A stretch of DNA of 64,000 bases, filler included, from Jimgerdemannia flammicorona (Eukaryota): the NCBI GenBank assembly GCA_003990765.1. It is 3 parts of 3 records of this genome, joined end to end, with 100 filler letters (N's around TTAATTAATTAA, not from the genome) between each part and the next. Parts side by side here need not be neighbours in the genome. Positions count along the whole stretch, not along the records: positions 1 to 21,526 come from RBNJ01001434.1; 2 more parts are not named here. One strand, 5' to 3'. The notes beneath the pieces were generated by a model, which worked only from the letters and a program-made list of their open reading frames with translations, was not told where the DNA came from and made no database searches. The position numbers and the translations under genes are program-made. Positions 1 through 12,041 of the stretch are shown here, one piece after another. Numbering within the stretch: position 1 is the stretch's first letter; every line of letters starts with the position of its first letter.

Positions 1-1329
1 TCCCACCTCAACACAAAAAAAAAAAAACTTTACCATGAGCATTTTAACCTTCTCAACCTTTCTTCTTCCTTCCTCGCTTGCGAGTCCCGCTCTGAGCCGG
101 CTCATCATGGGACTATCTGCGAGGGCGAGCCTCGAGTCTGGCGGAATGCCGTCATTGTACTTGCCCGTCAGGATCCCGCCCGCCAGTGGGGACCACACCG
201 TCGTACCCATCCCGAAGGTCGCAAATAGTGGCGCGTACTCCTTTTCGAACCGCTCGCGGTGGAACATATTGTACTGTGGTTGCTGGAAGGTGATGGAGAA
301 TAAAACAAAAATTTTCGTAGAAGTGAGTGAAGTGCGAATTGATTCAACTTCCTCTAGAGATGTGGACAAAATCATTGTCTGCCATTCCATCTCCACCCTC
401 CTACTATTTGCCTTCTCGATTCCCCATTCTCGATTCCCCCTCCACCACCTACCTCCATCAACGGCCCCATGAGCCCCAACCTCTGCGCGACAGTATGTGC
501 CATAGTAATCTGCTGAGCAGACCACTCGCTTGTTCCCCAATAGAATGCCATGCCGCGATCGATGACGAAGTTGAACGCACGCACGATTTCTTCCATGGGT
601 GTGTCTGGGTCGGGCCGATGCGCGTAAACGAGGTCGACATAGTCGAGCTGCAGCCGCTTCAGCGACGCCTGCAGGCCCTCGATGATGTGCTTGCGTGATA
701 GTCCGCGGTCATTCGGGCCCTTGCCACCCCAAAAAATCTTTGTACTGATCACGAGATCAGACCGCTTCCACCCGTTCTTTTGAATCGCTAGGCCCATGTC
801 AATTTCAGATTGGCCGCCTGGGGTGGAGACGAATGGTGTAAGCAAAAGGGTGCGTGGACGACGCTGATGGGTCGAAGCATCTCCGAAATTTTTAAGCCAT
901 CGCATGCATCGGTCCCATAGCCCTCCCCCACCATAGACACTCCCATAAAGATGTCTGATCAAAACTTACCCGCGTAACCTTCGGCCGTGTCAAAGAAATT
1001 AATGCCATGATCGAACGCAATCTTCATACACTCGGAGCACGTATCTGTGGGTCGGGGTAGGTTAGGAAAGTCAGCGTCCGAAAGGATGTATGCATCTCGC
1101 GGTCCTCCGAGCACAAAGCCTAGTCAGAACAGGCGTAGCACGGAATATTAACCTACGCCGACCTGGCCGCCTGTAGAACGAACGCCGGGAAGTGAGTCAG
1201 TGAAAGCTCTGTTATGTACGAATCTCACCATCGACTTGGTGGTGACTCACACGTACCATAAGTGATCCACCCACCCAGGGCCACAACAGACACCTTCAGC
1301 CCCGAGTCCCCCAAGAACCTATACTCCAT
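1..1329 (-). CDS. Aldo-keto reductase, voltage-gated K+ channel beta-subunit (AKR6)-like; multi-exon, 3' end runs off the window
   Basis: Manually spliced exons read [25 protein letters not shown] / GQVGV micro-exon / [16 protein letters not shown] / [13 protein letters not shown]...[13 protein letters not shown]...YWGTSEWS / [16 protein letters not shown]...[13 protein letters not shown]. Introns are GT-AG. The start could alternatively be the in-frame ATG at 1419. Confidence 0.9.
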
Positions 1330-2739
1330 GTCAGAGCGCTGTGAACGGAAAAGTGGATTGTGTAGGAAATTTCCCGAGTCACTTGGGTGCCTCAACTTTT
1401 GCCTTTTGACGGACTCCATTGTTTACAGGGAGAAGAAGTGGAGGGACGGACCCTGTTAATGGGTTGTTGATATAGAAGGGACTCGCGTGGCTCACCTGTT
1501 CAATGTATTTTCCTGTTCGGTAACACACTGGACGGTACACACGCGCGGCTGTGAATGTCATCACGGTTTCGGAAGCGTTACGGGAGGGGTTGTAAATAAT
1601 GGCAGAACACGGAGAAGGTTCTCTGGTCGGATGTGGACATATGTCACGCGATCCAAATCTCCGCCTAGGGAAAATGTTTACGCGTCACACGAACGCGCAT
1701 TTGCAGAGGCGAGCCTACCAACACCGCTTATTTGCTTCTATAGAGACCATTCCGCACAGTCCTGCATTTTTTTGATTGTCTCCGCCACACCCCCAGCCCC
1801 CCTCCCCATTTTTTAGTTAATTTAGTTTCTGCAGCACCTCGAACATCCCAGAACACCCCAGAAAATCTAGGCCTCTTACCACACCTCCCCACGTCCCGAG
1901 GGAACCTTAGCAAGCCTTCATTTCATTTCCAAGTGGCACGTTCCCAAAACCCCGGATCACAAACCGACATGCTTAGCAGCGGGTCAACCTTTTTGCGGTC
2001 TGTCGCGGGCCAACCTTTTTGCGGTCCGTCGCACGGGCGCCTCTTTGTTTATCTGTATATTCTGGCCACGAGACCCGTCTGGTGCTTGAATATGGTGCCA
2101 TCGGATCCAGGCCGGGAGATATTGCATCCGTGGCGGAAGAGGAAATTTCGTCCCAGTGGGTTGCCATAGAGTATGTCTAACGTGTAGGTTGTGTATCATT
2201 GCCAAGAGTTTATTTGGCACGTGAATAGTTCACATGCCAACACCAATACAATTATCTTGCCTGTATCCCTTTATCCAGAACCTCCACCCTGCATCATTTA
2301 CCCTCACCCCATCATCTCTTCTACACCATGCCCCCACAACGACGCGACGGTGACGTCTCCCCAGCGGCGCCAACCGCAACAGAGAGGGAATTGGGTCAAG
2401 CGTGATTTTGGAAATTCAGTGAACCCTATCAGAATGCGTGTAGAAAAGCACGCAACCCCCACCTCATATCATGTCACGAGCCTCAAATGCAACGCAACAC
2501 AATCCGGTTACCTTATTTATCTCCATATATTGCCGCTTGTGGCTGGCTTAGAAGCTACCAATCCTTCAGGCGCAAAATACGACTCACATCCCTGGCACAC
2601 TTTCGAGCACGGCGACCAACCTGAAGGATGGTTGGCCCGAAACGAGGAGGGGTACATGTAATCCTTGGCCTACTTTGCTTCGGAACGGATGACCATGCTT
2701 CTCTTGGAGAGTGTGGGCGTCGATGCGATACTGATCGTG

Positions 2740-2835
2740 ATGGACGGCGCACACGTGCGTTCGCTTGGATGGATGAACGACGTGCACGTGCGTTCGCCGG
2801 ATGGATGGACGGCGCGCACGTGCGTTCGCTTGGAC
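2740..2835. repeat. Short tandem repeat, ~3 copies of ggatggacggcgcacacgtgcgttcgc
   Basis: Near-identical cacgtgcgttcgc units are directly visible. Confidence 0.7.
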
Positions 2836-3364
2836 TTGAGGGTGCGAGAATGGTTCTGCGGCGGAGTTAATGGCAATTGCTCAGAGACGATTGCTCAGGG
2901 GCAACCGAAAACGCTGCATTCTCGCAGTCCTTGCCCAAGGGTCTCATCGGTTGGTTTGGGGCTAACGAAGACCGGTGAGCCTTGCTACATCTTGCCTTCA
3001 TCACTACCGCTGGCTCGCTCGATCTTGGTACCAGAAAAAAATACCCAGGGTTTCTACCAGTATCGAATATTGAGGCTGCGAAGAAATTCTTACGTGACAC
3101 CATCTTATACTTCGTATACGTTCCGAGGCAGTCATTTCCTGGGCTCGGACTTTCAATATTAATAACAAATAACGGAGCTTAATTTCATAAAAGTGACGAT
3201 TTGTCTTGGCGATGGAGGCTAAATAAGAAAATTCTTATGAATGATCAATCTGGCGGAATGGGTCATATTTCAGCTACGTGACGGGATATTTGGATAATTC
3301 CGCCCACGACAGGGGCAAGAAGGCTCACATTGTAAGAAAGCGGTGCCAGCTGATAGCGCAATCT

Positions 3365-3640
3365 CTCAGCCACCTCGGCGACGAAGTCGGGGCCCACGGT
3401 TTTAGCCACATAGCTGCCTGAGCGACGATTAAGCATCGGGCGAGATGAGCCGATTAGCCGCTGAGCCGCTGGGCGACGTTTATCCGCTGAGCCACTGGCC
3501 GACGTTTAGCCGCCGAGCCACTGGACGACGACTCAACCCAGAGGATAGACGTCGCCCAGCAGGTTGCTCGGCGAAGTTAATCGTCGCTCGACATATAATC
3601 GTCGCTCAGCGGCTAATCATTTACTTGGCGGCTAAGCATT
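3365..3640. repeat. Degenerate GC-rich repeat cluster (gccgctgagcc/gcgacg motifs), possible non-autonomous element
   Basis: Recurrent gagccgctgggcgacg-type motifs, with reverse-complement tcgtcgctc motifs further right. Confidence 0.4.
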
Positions 3641-4235
3641 GCAAATTTATTGGCTTCAAAAGTTCGGTTCTGTTTCGGGTGCCCATCTACTCAATGACCA
3701 CCATGTTTGACCCGCCGCGGTACTGCGAGATGAAGTGGCTCTACATATAGACATTCGGCACCGCCGGTCGCTCGGCGCGTGCGTCTACTGACAAACTAAG
3801 GCACAAGAGCATGGGGCAGTATTTGAGGCCGGATTCAGAGTGATGCAGAGGTGGCGAATGAGACGAAGCGCGGTTGTAGTCGGATATAGCTGGTGGGGCT
3901 GGTGATTGATTGTATTTGATTTTCGCTGGTTAGCTTGACAGATTCAATATGTTATTTTATTTAGAGTCCCGCCTTTGTTTATATATAGTAGTTTAGTATT
4001 TGTATCTTTTTTTTTTTTTTTTTTTTTTTTGGAGTATTTGTCAGGTATAGCTTGCTCTTCGGATTCAGGATTCAGGGTTAGGGTCTGAGCTGGACCAACA
4101 CGCGAGATCACGTGCTATAAGCATTCGTGTATATATATGAATCGCGTCCTCTTGACCATATTCCACACACAAAGCTCGACTTCTCAATTCAACCTTCTCC
4201 ACAAAAACCAACATCAACACAACAACTCCATTGAA

Positions 4236-5393
4236 ATGGTTAAGGTATTCGTCCTCGGTGCTACCGGATACATTGGCAATCCCGTCGCCAAGGCCTTCGC
4301 TCGTGCGGGGCACGAGGTGTAGCAGCCATGAGAAGATCGCGGAACTGGCGAAGGACGAAAGTACGTTTTCTTTTTACTGTTTATCGGCTTCTTTGATCGT
4401 TGGGTGCAACTATACTCATCACAAATTCAATTGTACGAAAATCCCCTAGTCACCGGTGTCGTGGGGGAAGCCACTAAACCCGAAACATGGGGCGCAGCAG
4501 CCAGCAGCGCCTCTATCGTCGTTGACCTTTCCCGGGACGACCAGAACGAGGCGCCTCTCGCCACCGCCGTTCTGGAAGGTGTGACCAGAATCGCAAAGCA
4601 GACCGGCCGAAAAATCACGTTCATATATACCTCATGCAGCTGGGTGAGTTGGATGGCCTTCAAGTTGTAGCCATGTGCAATATCGCCAAACAAAATATTG
4701 ATGGCTCAATTTACATTCGCGCCCACAGACTTACGGCAAACGCTCCCCCGGCATTACGGAGGAAGATGACATCTGCGACACCCCGGACGAGCTGGTATGG
4801 TGCGCCGAGCACAAGCAAAATGTGGTCCAAAGTACGGATTTACGAGGTGTCGTTCTGGTCCCCACGGCTATCTACGGCAGGTCCGGGTCGCAGTTCGGCA
4901 AGATGATTTCTCTCAGGCTGCGTGTAAAGCTTTGGGGAGATGGCAGTCTGAGGCTCCCGGTGGTGCACGTCGACGATCTCGGTAGGTCGGATGGTGCATT
5001 CGTATGGTGGCGGCAGGTTCCCAACCTCAAGCTTCCAACTTCCTATAAATATTGTTTTCATCCCATTTCATCCACTTCAATTTACTCCACAGCTGAAGCC
5101 TACGTTTCCGCGGCGGAAAACATAGACCGCACCAGCAGCGAGATCATCAACGTTGCCAATCCGAGCACCGAGTCCATTGGAGAAGCCTCACGCGCCGCGC
5201 TCCTTGCCGCCGGCCACCCGAAGGGCCAAGTCATTTTTTCGCCGCCCACCAACTGGATTGAGGAGAAGCTTACGTGGAGCTTGCATTTATTGACCAGAAA
5301 GGCCGCCAATTTGCTTGGTTTCAGGCAGAAGCATCCTGGGTTGTGGACGGAATGGAAACTTATTACAGGACCTGGAAGGCTTATCAAGCTTAG
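4236..5393 (+). pseudogene. NAD(P)-dependent epimerase/dehydratase (atypical SDR) pseudogene
   Basis: The Rossmann motif MVKVFVLGATGYIG is followed by a stop/frameshift at ~4320, with SHEKIAELAKDE continuing in another frame. Later exons give FIYTSCSW, PTAIYGRSGS and VHVDDL. A second 1-nt frameshift at ~5341 hides a natural-looking end, VDGMETYYRTWKAYQA*. Confidence 0.75.
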
Positions 5394-6364
5394 CCTGGGA
5401 TAAGCTAGACGGAATGTCAAAAGGTCGTAATGACCTTTGGCATACACATGGTGTGTGTAAGTGCGCGAACTATTTCATGATATGTTTATAGGATATCTTT
5501 AGCTAGCGTACTGGCTGAACCCAGAACGAAGAGTGTCAACGGAGAGTCAATAAATTCTAAAATTATTGGATTAAAAAAAAAAAAAAAAAAAAAAAAAACG
5601 TTATTGCTTCTGTTCCGATAAATATAGTTTTGAACATATTCGCTGTATTTAAATAACAATATGCGATGTGTCAGGTTGAACCCATTAAGAACATGCTCTT
5701 TACAATATATTGGCGTAATTTTTCTTCCGGTAATCATAACAGAAACAGCAACAGCAACCATTGGCCACGCGCTAAGGCTGGAAGTAATTCTACTAATTAC
5801 ATAGTATGAAGAGCCTGTTGCAGCAAGAGGTCGCTAATTGCTGGATGAACGAGCAGGAAATATCATAAAGCAGTATATACATCGGGACTGTCCCAATGTT
5901 TGTTGTGTAGGCTTGGCAGAAAGTGGTTTGTGATGCAAAAGTGAGGGGTTTTTGCACGGTACGCTCGGGTTGGGCGTCTGGTTGATTGAGGTCGTCGTTC
6001 CGGTTTTGGGATGAATTGTTGTTGAATTCATGCAGCCGGTAAATAGTTACAATGGAATCGGGAGGAAACGATGTTTGTGCATCCGGGCCAGCCTTTATCA
6101 CTCATGCATGGAGACGGATATTAATCCTTCCTCTTGGTTTCATAATTCAGATGAGATGGTAGTATTTTGAAAATTTATACTCTTTAGTTACGGCGAGCGA
6201 GAAGTCTGATTCAGTATATCAAACTCGACAGAATTTGGTGTTCAAGTCAATATTACGAGTTTTTGTGAAGATAGTTAATAATTATTTGGTTGTAGTTAAA
6301 GGTCATTCCATTGGTTTCGAAAAATTACGTTTTCGTTTGCATTTTGTTTATTTTGTAGCCGAGT

Positions 6365-6422
<58 letters not shown>

Positions 6423-6465
6423 GTCTGAATGTCTAGACTATGTACGTATTTAAAGTGATGTGCAG

Positions 6466-7490
6466 CTACATTCTGTCGGCCAAAAAATCGATTTCAATCC
6501 TAACTTTGTCGCCGTCCTCGTTGAAAGCCTCTGCCGTCACCTGCGTGGAGCCAAAACTCAGATCCAGTGTAGCGGTCTTCTGGTGGTTATCAGGATCGGC
6601 ATTCTTGAGGACCTGCACGTTTTGCTGAACAATCTTGAATGCATTCTGAACTCCTTCCCTAGAGTTTTTTACGGGGATAACGATGCAATAGGCTTTACAG
6701 GCACTGGATTCGCAAAGCTCTATCACGTTCTTATTGCTGTCTTGGCCGCTTCCGGCCAATACCAGCATGAACCGAAAGTTTGGAATGCCTGGATTTAGTA
6801 TAGAATTCTTCACCTCTAAAAAAAGAGTGGACGAAGAATTTTCCACGCCGTCGGTGAAAACCATGAGGATGTTCTTGTATTGCTGGCGTTCAAGGGATTG
6901 AAGGAAAGCTCTTTGTCGGAAGATTCTAATACCATGTATAATGGCATCGAATAGGCTTGTCGAATCTCCAAAAATCTGCATGCCGTCCACACTGTATTTG
7001 AATACTGGGGAATATGGTTGCATATCCCTAAAGGGCAAGCACAAGTATATACAAGTATGATCAATGTCAACACCGCAATAAATAAATCACAATATTTTGT
7101 TTCACCAAGCATTCTTACCAGATTGTTATAACACTCTTGCTGAATTTTATCAAACCAACCTCATCAGCGGTATTAAGAATGTGACAGACATCTTTTATAC
7201 CATCTTTGCTTGCACTAAGCTTATCGCCATCATTCATGCTAGGGCTGGCGTCCTGGACGAACAGAAGCTTAACCGGAAGGGTCTCGTCTACACGCGAAAG
7301 TGGGACAGCTAAAGTTGCAGCCAATCTCATGGAGGGAACCATGTAAATTTCGTCATCACGATCAGTAGTGTAAAGTTCGAGTTTGGCGATATCTTGAGTT
7401 GTAAGGACGGGAAAAAACCTACATTAGCATGAGAAAAGGAATAATTTTTTATTGACATCTGGTGAAGACGGAAGCATGAGTGCGAAAATT

Positions 7491-7531
<41 letters not shown>

Positions 7532-9649
7532 CCAGCGTACACTGTCTGAATCAGCTCGTGAACCCCGACAGACTGCCCTCTTCTGACAATGGCATGGAAC
7601 AAATTGTCTGCATAATCCATTTGCGCTTCCTGCAATGTAATCACGTAACTGATTAATACCAAAATTATCGCAATTTATTAATTTGGGTAACTAAATACAA
7701 CCTCATTCCAATATTTTGCTGACTCGCCAAGTGGGTTTGTTGATGTCCATGGGCCAGAAGTTTTTACCCCGTAAGTAAGACGTGCGCAGCGGCTTGTAAT
7801 AAACCTAAAAGTTGAAGCAATGATTTCAGAAATTGTATACATAAAAAGCCTAATAGTCAATGGAATCGATTATCGTATATACCTTGTGTTAAGTCCACAA
7901 ATAACTGCTCCTTTGACAACCGCACTACCGGGGTCCACTGGACAAACCATTTCGATACGATCACCAAATTTTTCCTGTGCGCGCCGCCAAAGGTATTTGC
8001 TGGCCGAAAACCCCCCAACAAAGCACATTCTGTTTATCTTTGCATTGACATCCTTTCGTTTCATGGCAAGCCTTTTCTGACTCCTATCAAGATGTTTCTC
8101 AACGAGATCAAGTGCTTTGTCAACGATAGGGTCGAACATGTTGAGCATATCCGTTAGTGTAATGACCAAATTACTCCGCGTATCTTCCAAGTGCTGCTGG
8201 TCCATCTGATCGCAGAGCTTTCTTGGGATTTCCAAGCATTTCTCCGAATTTCTTCCGGAAAAACTTTCGGGTCCTTTGAACTCACGCTGCAAACATTGAA
8301 AGTGTTGTATTAGTATCAGTTTTTTTTTTTTTTAGCGAAATTGCAAAGCGTTTTTAACTTAGCAAATACAAATACGTAAACTTAACCTTGAGCTGTTCCC
8401 AAGCTTTCATTAACATAAACCATTCTGATTTATGTGTGTTCCGAAAATTCTGAACTACAGATGCACCACATCGACTCTCAACGAACTTCGCAAACTTGTC
8501 ATCAACGAATGTTGATCCGAAGGGGCCGCCAATACCTTCGACAATCTCTCGTAAAGATTCAGCGCCCGTATTATTATCTCTAAGTATTTCATGAGCAGTC
8601 TTTGGACAGGAAGATTATACAATAAGTCATCGTCACGGTGATCGTTCAACCCTGGCTCTGCCAACTAATTACTTACCAAATCAATCGTGCCACCACCGGC
8701 GTCGACAATAATGAAGGCGTCACCCGACTGCAGCATATTTTCGTTTGCTTTCTCACAGCACCACAGTGCAGCTGCTTCGGGCTCCAAAACAATATTAAGT
8801 CGAGATGAATCGTTTTGGGCCTCTTCAGGTACCTGCATTATAGGTCGGTAGTAAAATTTAACCAGGAATTGATCCAATGTTTGTACGCAGAGCATTGAAC
8901 ATCTATACTTACAATCCCAGCCAACACTACAGCCATTCTCATCTGTTGCTTAGCGTGTTCGCTCCACATTGCCGGCACGGTAAGATACCAAGCTATGGCT
9001 TCTGGAGTTATAGTGTCTCCATAACTCTTTTTGAGTTCCTCACAAAACACGCCATGGAGGCAGCGGAAATAATCGGCGATGATTTCCAAAACTGTATAAC
9101 CGGGTGGAAGTGGCGGCATTTGCCGAGAAACGGATTCGTCGAGATGCAGCTTGAATCTGCTGCAAAAATGCGACTGTTTGGATAGGCCATATGTGGGGAT
9201 ATTCTTGATGGCTGTTGGAAGCATAATTATTCAGTTAAACATTGCTGAGAGTGTGGAGACGATGAAGCTTGTAATCAAATGGATTACCTGAATACCCCCA
9301 ACTCTCCACGGAGGGAGTTATCGAAAAAAGCGTAGAACTATATTCGTATAGAATAGCCGTAAGATTCTTGCAATAAGGAACAAGCTGATCATCCCAGAGG
9401 TAATTGGCCTCGGGGATTCTGCCGCTGACGTGGACCTGCAAAAAAGAGCAAGCGAGATATAATACATCGAAATACACGGCAACGTTCAGTTGACTAAAAC
9501 CAATGGGCATAAGAGCGCAAAACCCCTCTTACCAACGCAAAGCCCGAATGGGTGGTTCCAAAATCGATAGCAGCTATTATCCTGGTGTTTGGGCCATGAG
9601 ATGGAATCCGCCTTTGCTGCGACGGAGAAATGGATGGGTTTGGGAGCAT
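6466..9649 (-). CDS. HSPA12-type atypical Hsp70 with an inserted von Willebrand factor A domain; 10 exons
   Basis: The spliced product has [84 protein letters not shown] and RLTYGV. It continues into a vWA domain ([22 protein letters not shown]) and then the HSPA12-like terminus [12 protein letters not shown]...KVRIEIDFL. All introns reconstruct as GT-AG with consistent phase. Confidence 0.88.
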
Positions 9650-10232
9650 TCCGAAACTTTTGGTTGAGTTTTATCACTTGGAAGCTTGGGGTACAGGATG
9701 TTTATATATTAGAGGACCCATCGATCAAATGTTGAATCTTTAGTCACTACTGATGTCATGCCTCTGATGAAACACGCAGCATTGTTTGTTCAATACAACG
9801 TCGGACTTCTGTTGTATTTTAGATTGACACGCCGAATGAAAACAACGCCAATTATTTCAAGAGTTAGATGTGAAGTGACAACGAAGGCACGTTCAACGAT
9901 GTCACAGAATCACGACGTTTTTATGCATTCATATAGAGGAAGGATGGGCGGTGATAATGCAGAAACAATCTGGAGGTTTCAGAACTTATATAACTTATTC
10001 TGATGTGCGCCTTGTTCTCAGAATGTGTCCCAGGCCTTTGAAACGCCGAGTAATCTTATCAATGCATGATCGTGAGTGACTTCTAGGTCAGAAACAAAAT
10101 TCCTTATACTTGAATATATAACATGCGCCATTTATTTCTGGTCTGAACTATATAATTGATTTGCATCACTAATCACTTCTCTGTCCAGCTGGCACTCTCA
10201 TTCCTCCCTAAGACAACTCGGCAGTCATCGAA

Positions 10233-12041
10233 ATGGTTAAGCTGCGGGGTAGACGCGAAGTCCTGAGCAACCAGGAAGGGTATCTCATTTCCCGGCCCGA
10301 ACAAGGGAGTTCTCGAGACGATGGAACGAACGAGTATACAATAAAGAAACAGCTAACGACGAAGAAAGACGATAACCTCGGCAGCAAAGCAAAAAAAGTA
10401 CAAACAACCACAACTGACGGGCACCATAATTTCAAGCAGAAGCGAAAGCAGCCAAAGCAAACATTCCGCGAACAACTCATGCACCAGAAAGAGACAATTT
10501 ACAACGAAGTTCTTGCCGATATGATGAACCTGAGAAAAGTGTTCGCGTCAGATAACAGAATATACAATTGGATTCGCTGCTGGGGTGGTTATTCAGACGA
10601 CACAGTCCGCGCATCGCAAATGCTGATGAAAGATGCAAGGCAAAAACTACTAGCATACGTGGCAAAGTTCAACGAAGGATGGGAGGCTGAGGAGAGAGAA
10701 CGAAAAAGGCTCGAAGAGAATTACGCCCAACTAGATAAAGAAACCAAGGACTACAGAAAAAAGTTCGACGATTTCCGGATGGAGCTGGAGGTGGGCACAG
10801 CTGAGATTAAAAAATTGGAGAGCGAGAACCGATCGCTCCAAAAGCAACGAAATGAAGTTATAGACAAATTGAACGAGCAGATATATGACAATGGGCAATT
10901 GGAAAAAACTGTTCAAAAGGAGATCGATACCCTCAAGACTAATAATCAAGTCCTCACCGACCAGGCTCACTGGATGAGCCAGAAATTGCTCGGCTACGAA
11001 ACAAAGGAGCTGAGGGATTCCAGATTTCGCGCCAGAGACTCGGGCGGCAAACCGAAGGGCATCTTCGATATGGAAGGCGTCAACCCGGAAAGCTTTGGCA
11101 GCACATGGTCGATAATCTACCAAACCATGCACAATATTGTAAGTCACATGTCAAAACTTGGTGGATTCAACAGTCAAATCATCCAAGAACTCCTCCATCA
11201 AGCGACGAAGGATTATACGACGGACATCACGATCAAGCCAGTCGATGAAATCCGGTTCGTGGAGCACTCGATCACCAGAGAGTTGATATCGATTTGGGGG
11301 GCCACCTCTATCCAGAATTTTGCGGTGCTCGATTTGGAACAAACATTACCCGACATTATCTTCGAGGAATTAGATCAGATAAATGCGTTTCTCTCATCGG
11401 AGATAACTGGGAAAGACAAAGATTCCGAGATGTTCGTGGCCTCGATTCGTATGAAGGCCGGCTTTGCTAACTTCCTTTTAAGCAAACTCTCAAAGCCAGA
11501 TGATTTGAGCAATGAATTCGACGGCCAGAGTTATAATCCATTCAGCTCAGTGGAACAGGGTCTGAGGGAACGCTTAACGCTATATTGCGAAGCTAAAATG
11601 ACGAGGATGTATCACCTTATGCTCTCTTTCGGTTCCGGCGCCGAGACGCAAAAGCAGATAATCATCGATTTTGCTCCAATGTTTCGTATGCTGACGTACG
11701 CGTCCGTCTACGGTCGCCTACAGATGGACGTACTGGGAGAAGGAAAAATGACCGTTTTCTTGCCTGGAACATTTCCTCACAACGGAGTCAGTGGCAAATC
11801 TGACAGCACGCAGGACCCAGCAATTTCTGCCACGAAGCCAAAATCGTCGTTGGTTCCGCTCGATGAAGCGCTGTACACGTCCGTGGGCTTTCTGCCATCG
11901 TCCGTCCCCATGTCAAAAGAACGACCATCTAAGTGGGCTCTTTTTACAGTTTTCCCCGGGGTTGCGTATATCGACGTAGACAAGAGCCAGTCGCGCGGAT
12001 TGACCGTGGTCGAGAAGTGTCGCGTGTATAGTTTGGAGTGA
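10233..12041 (+). CDS. Intronless 602-aa coiled-coil protein with a putative GrpE-like/GIL1-IRKI-like C-terminal beta domain
   Basis: Long uninterrupted ORF with heptad-rich, charged residues at ~130-255. C-terminal motifs are VPLDEALY and LFTVFPGVAY...VVEKCRVY. Confidence 0.8.
   Translation: MVKLRGRREVLSNQEGYLISRPEQGSSRDDGTNEYTIKKQLTTKKDDNLGSKAKKVQTTTTDGHHNFKQKRKQPKQTFREQLMHQKETIYNEVLADMMNLRKVFASDNRIYNWIRCWGGYSDDTVRASQMLMKDARQKLLAYVAKFNEGWEAEERERKRLEENYAQLDKETKDYRKKFDDFRMELEVGTAEIKKLESENRSLQKQRNEVIDKLNEQIYDNGQLEKTVQKEIDTLKTNNQVLTDQAHWMSQKLLGYETKELRDSRFRARDSGGKPKGIFDMEGVNPESFGSTWSIIYQTMHNIVSHMSKLGGFNSQIIQELLHQATKDYTTDITIKPVDEIRFVEHSITRELISIWGATSIQNFAVLDLEQTLPDIIFEELDQINAFLSSEITGKDKDSEMFVASIRMKAGFANFLLSKLSKPDDLSNEFDGQSYNPFSSVEQGLRERLTLYCEAKMTRMYHLMLSFGSGAETQKQIIIDFAPMFRMLTYASVYGRLQMDVLGEGKMTVFLPGTFPHNGVSGKSDSTQDPAISATKPKSSLVPLDEALYTSVGFLPSSVPMSKERPSKWALFTVFPGVAYIDVDKSQSRGLTVVEKCRVYSLE

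Noticed and set aside
6367..6421. Long poly(T)/poly(A) runs here and throughout the window
   Set aside because: A genome-wide homopolymer feature; counted as retro-tails only where a TSD was found.
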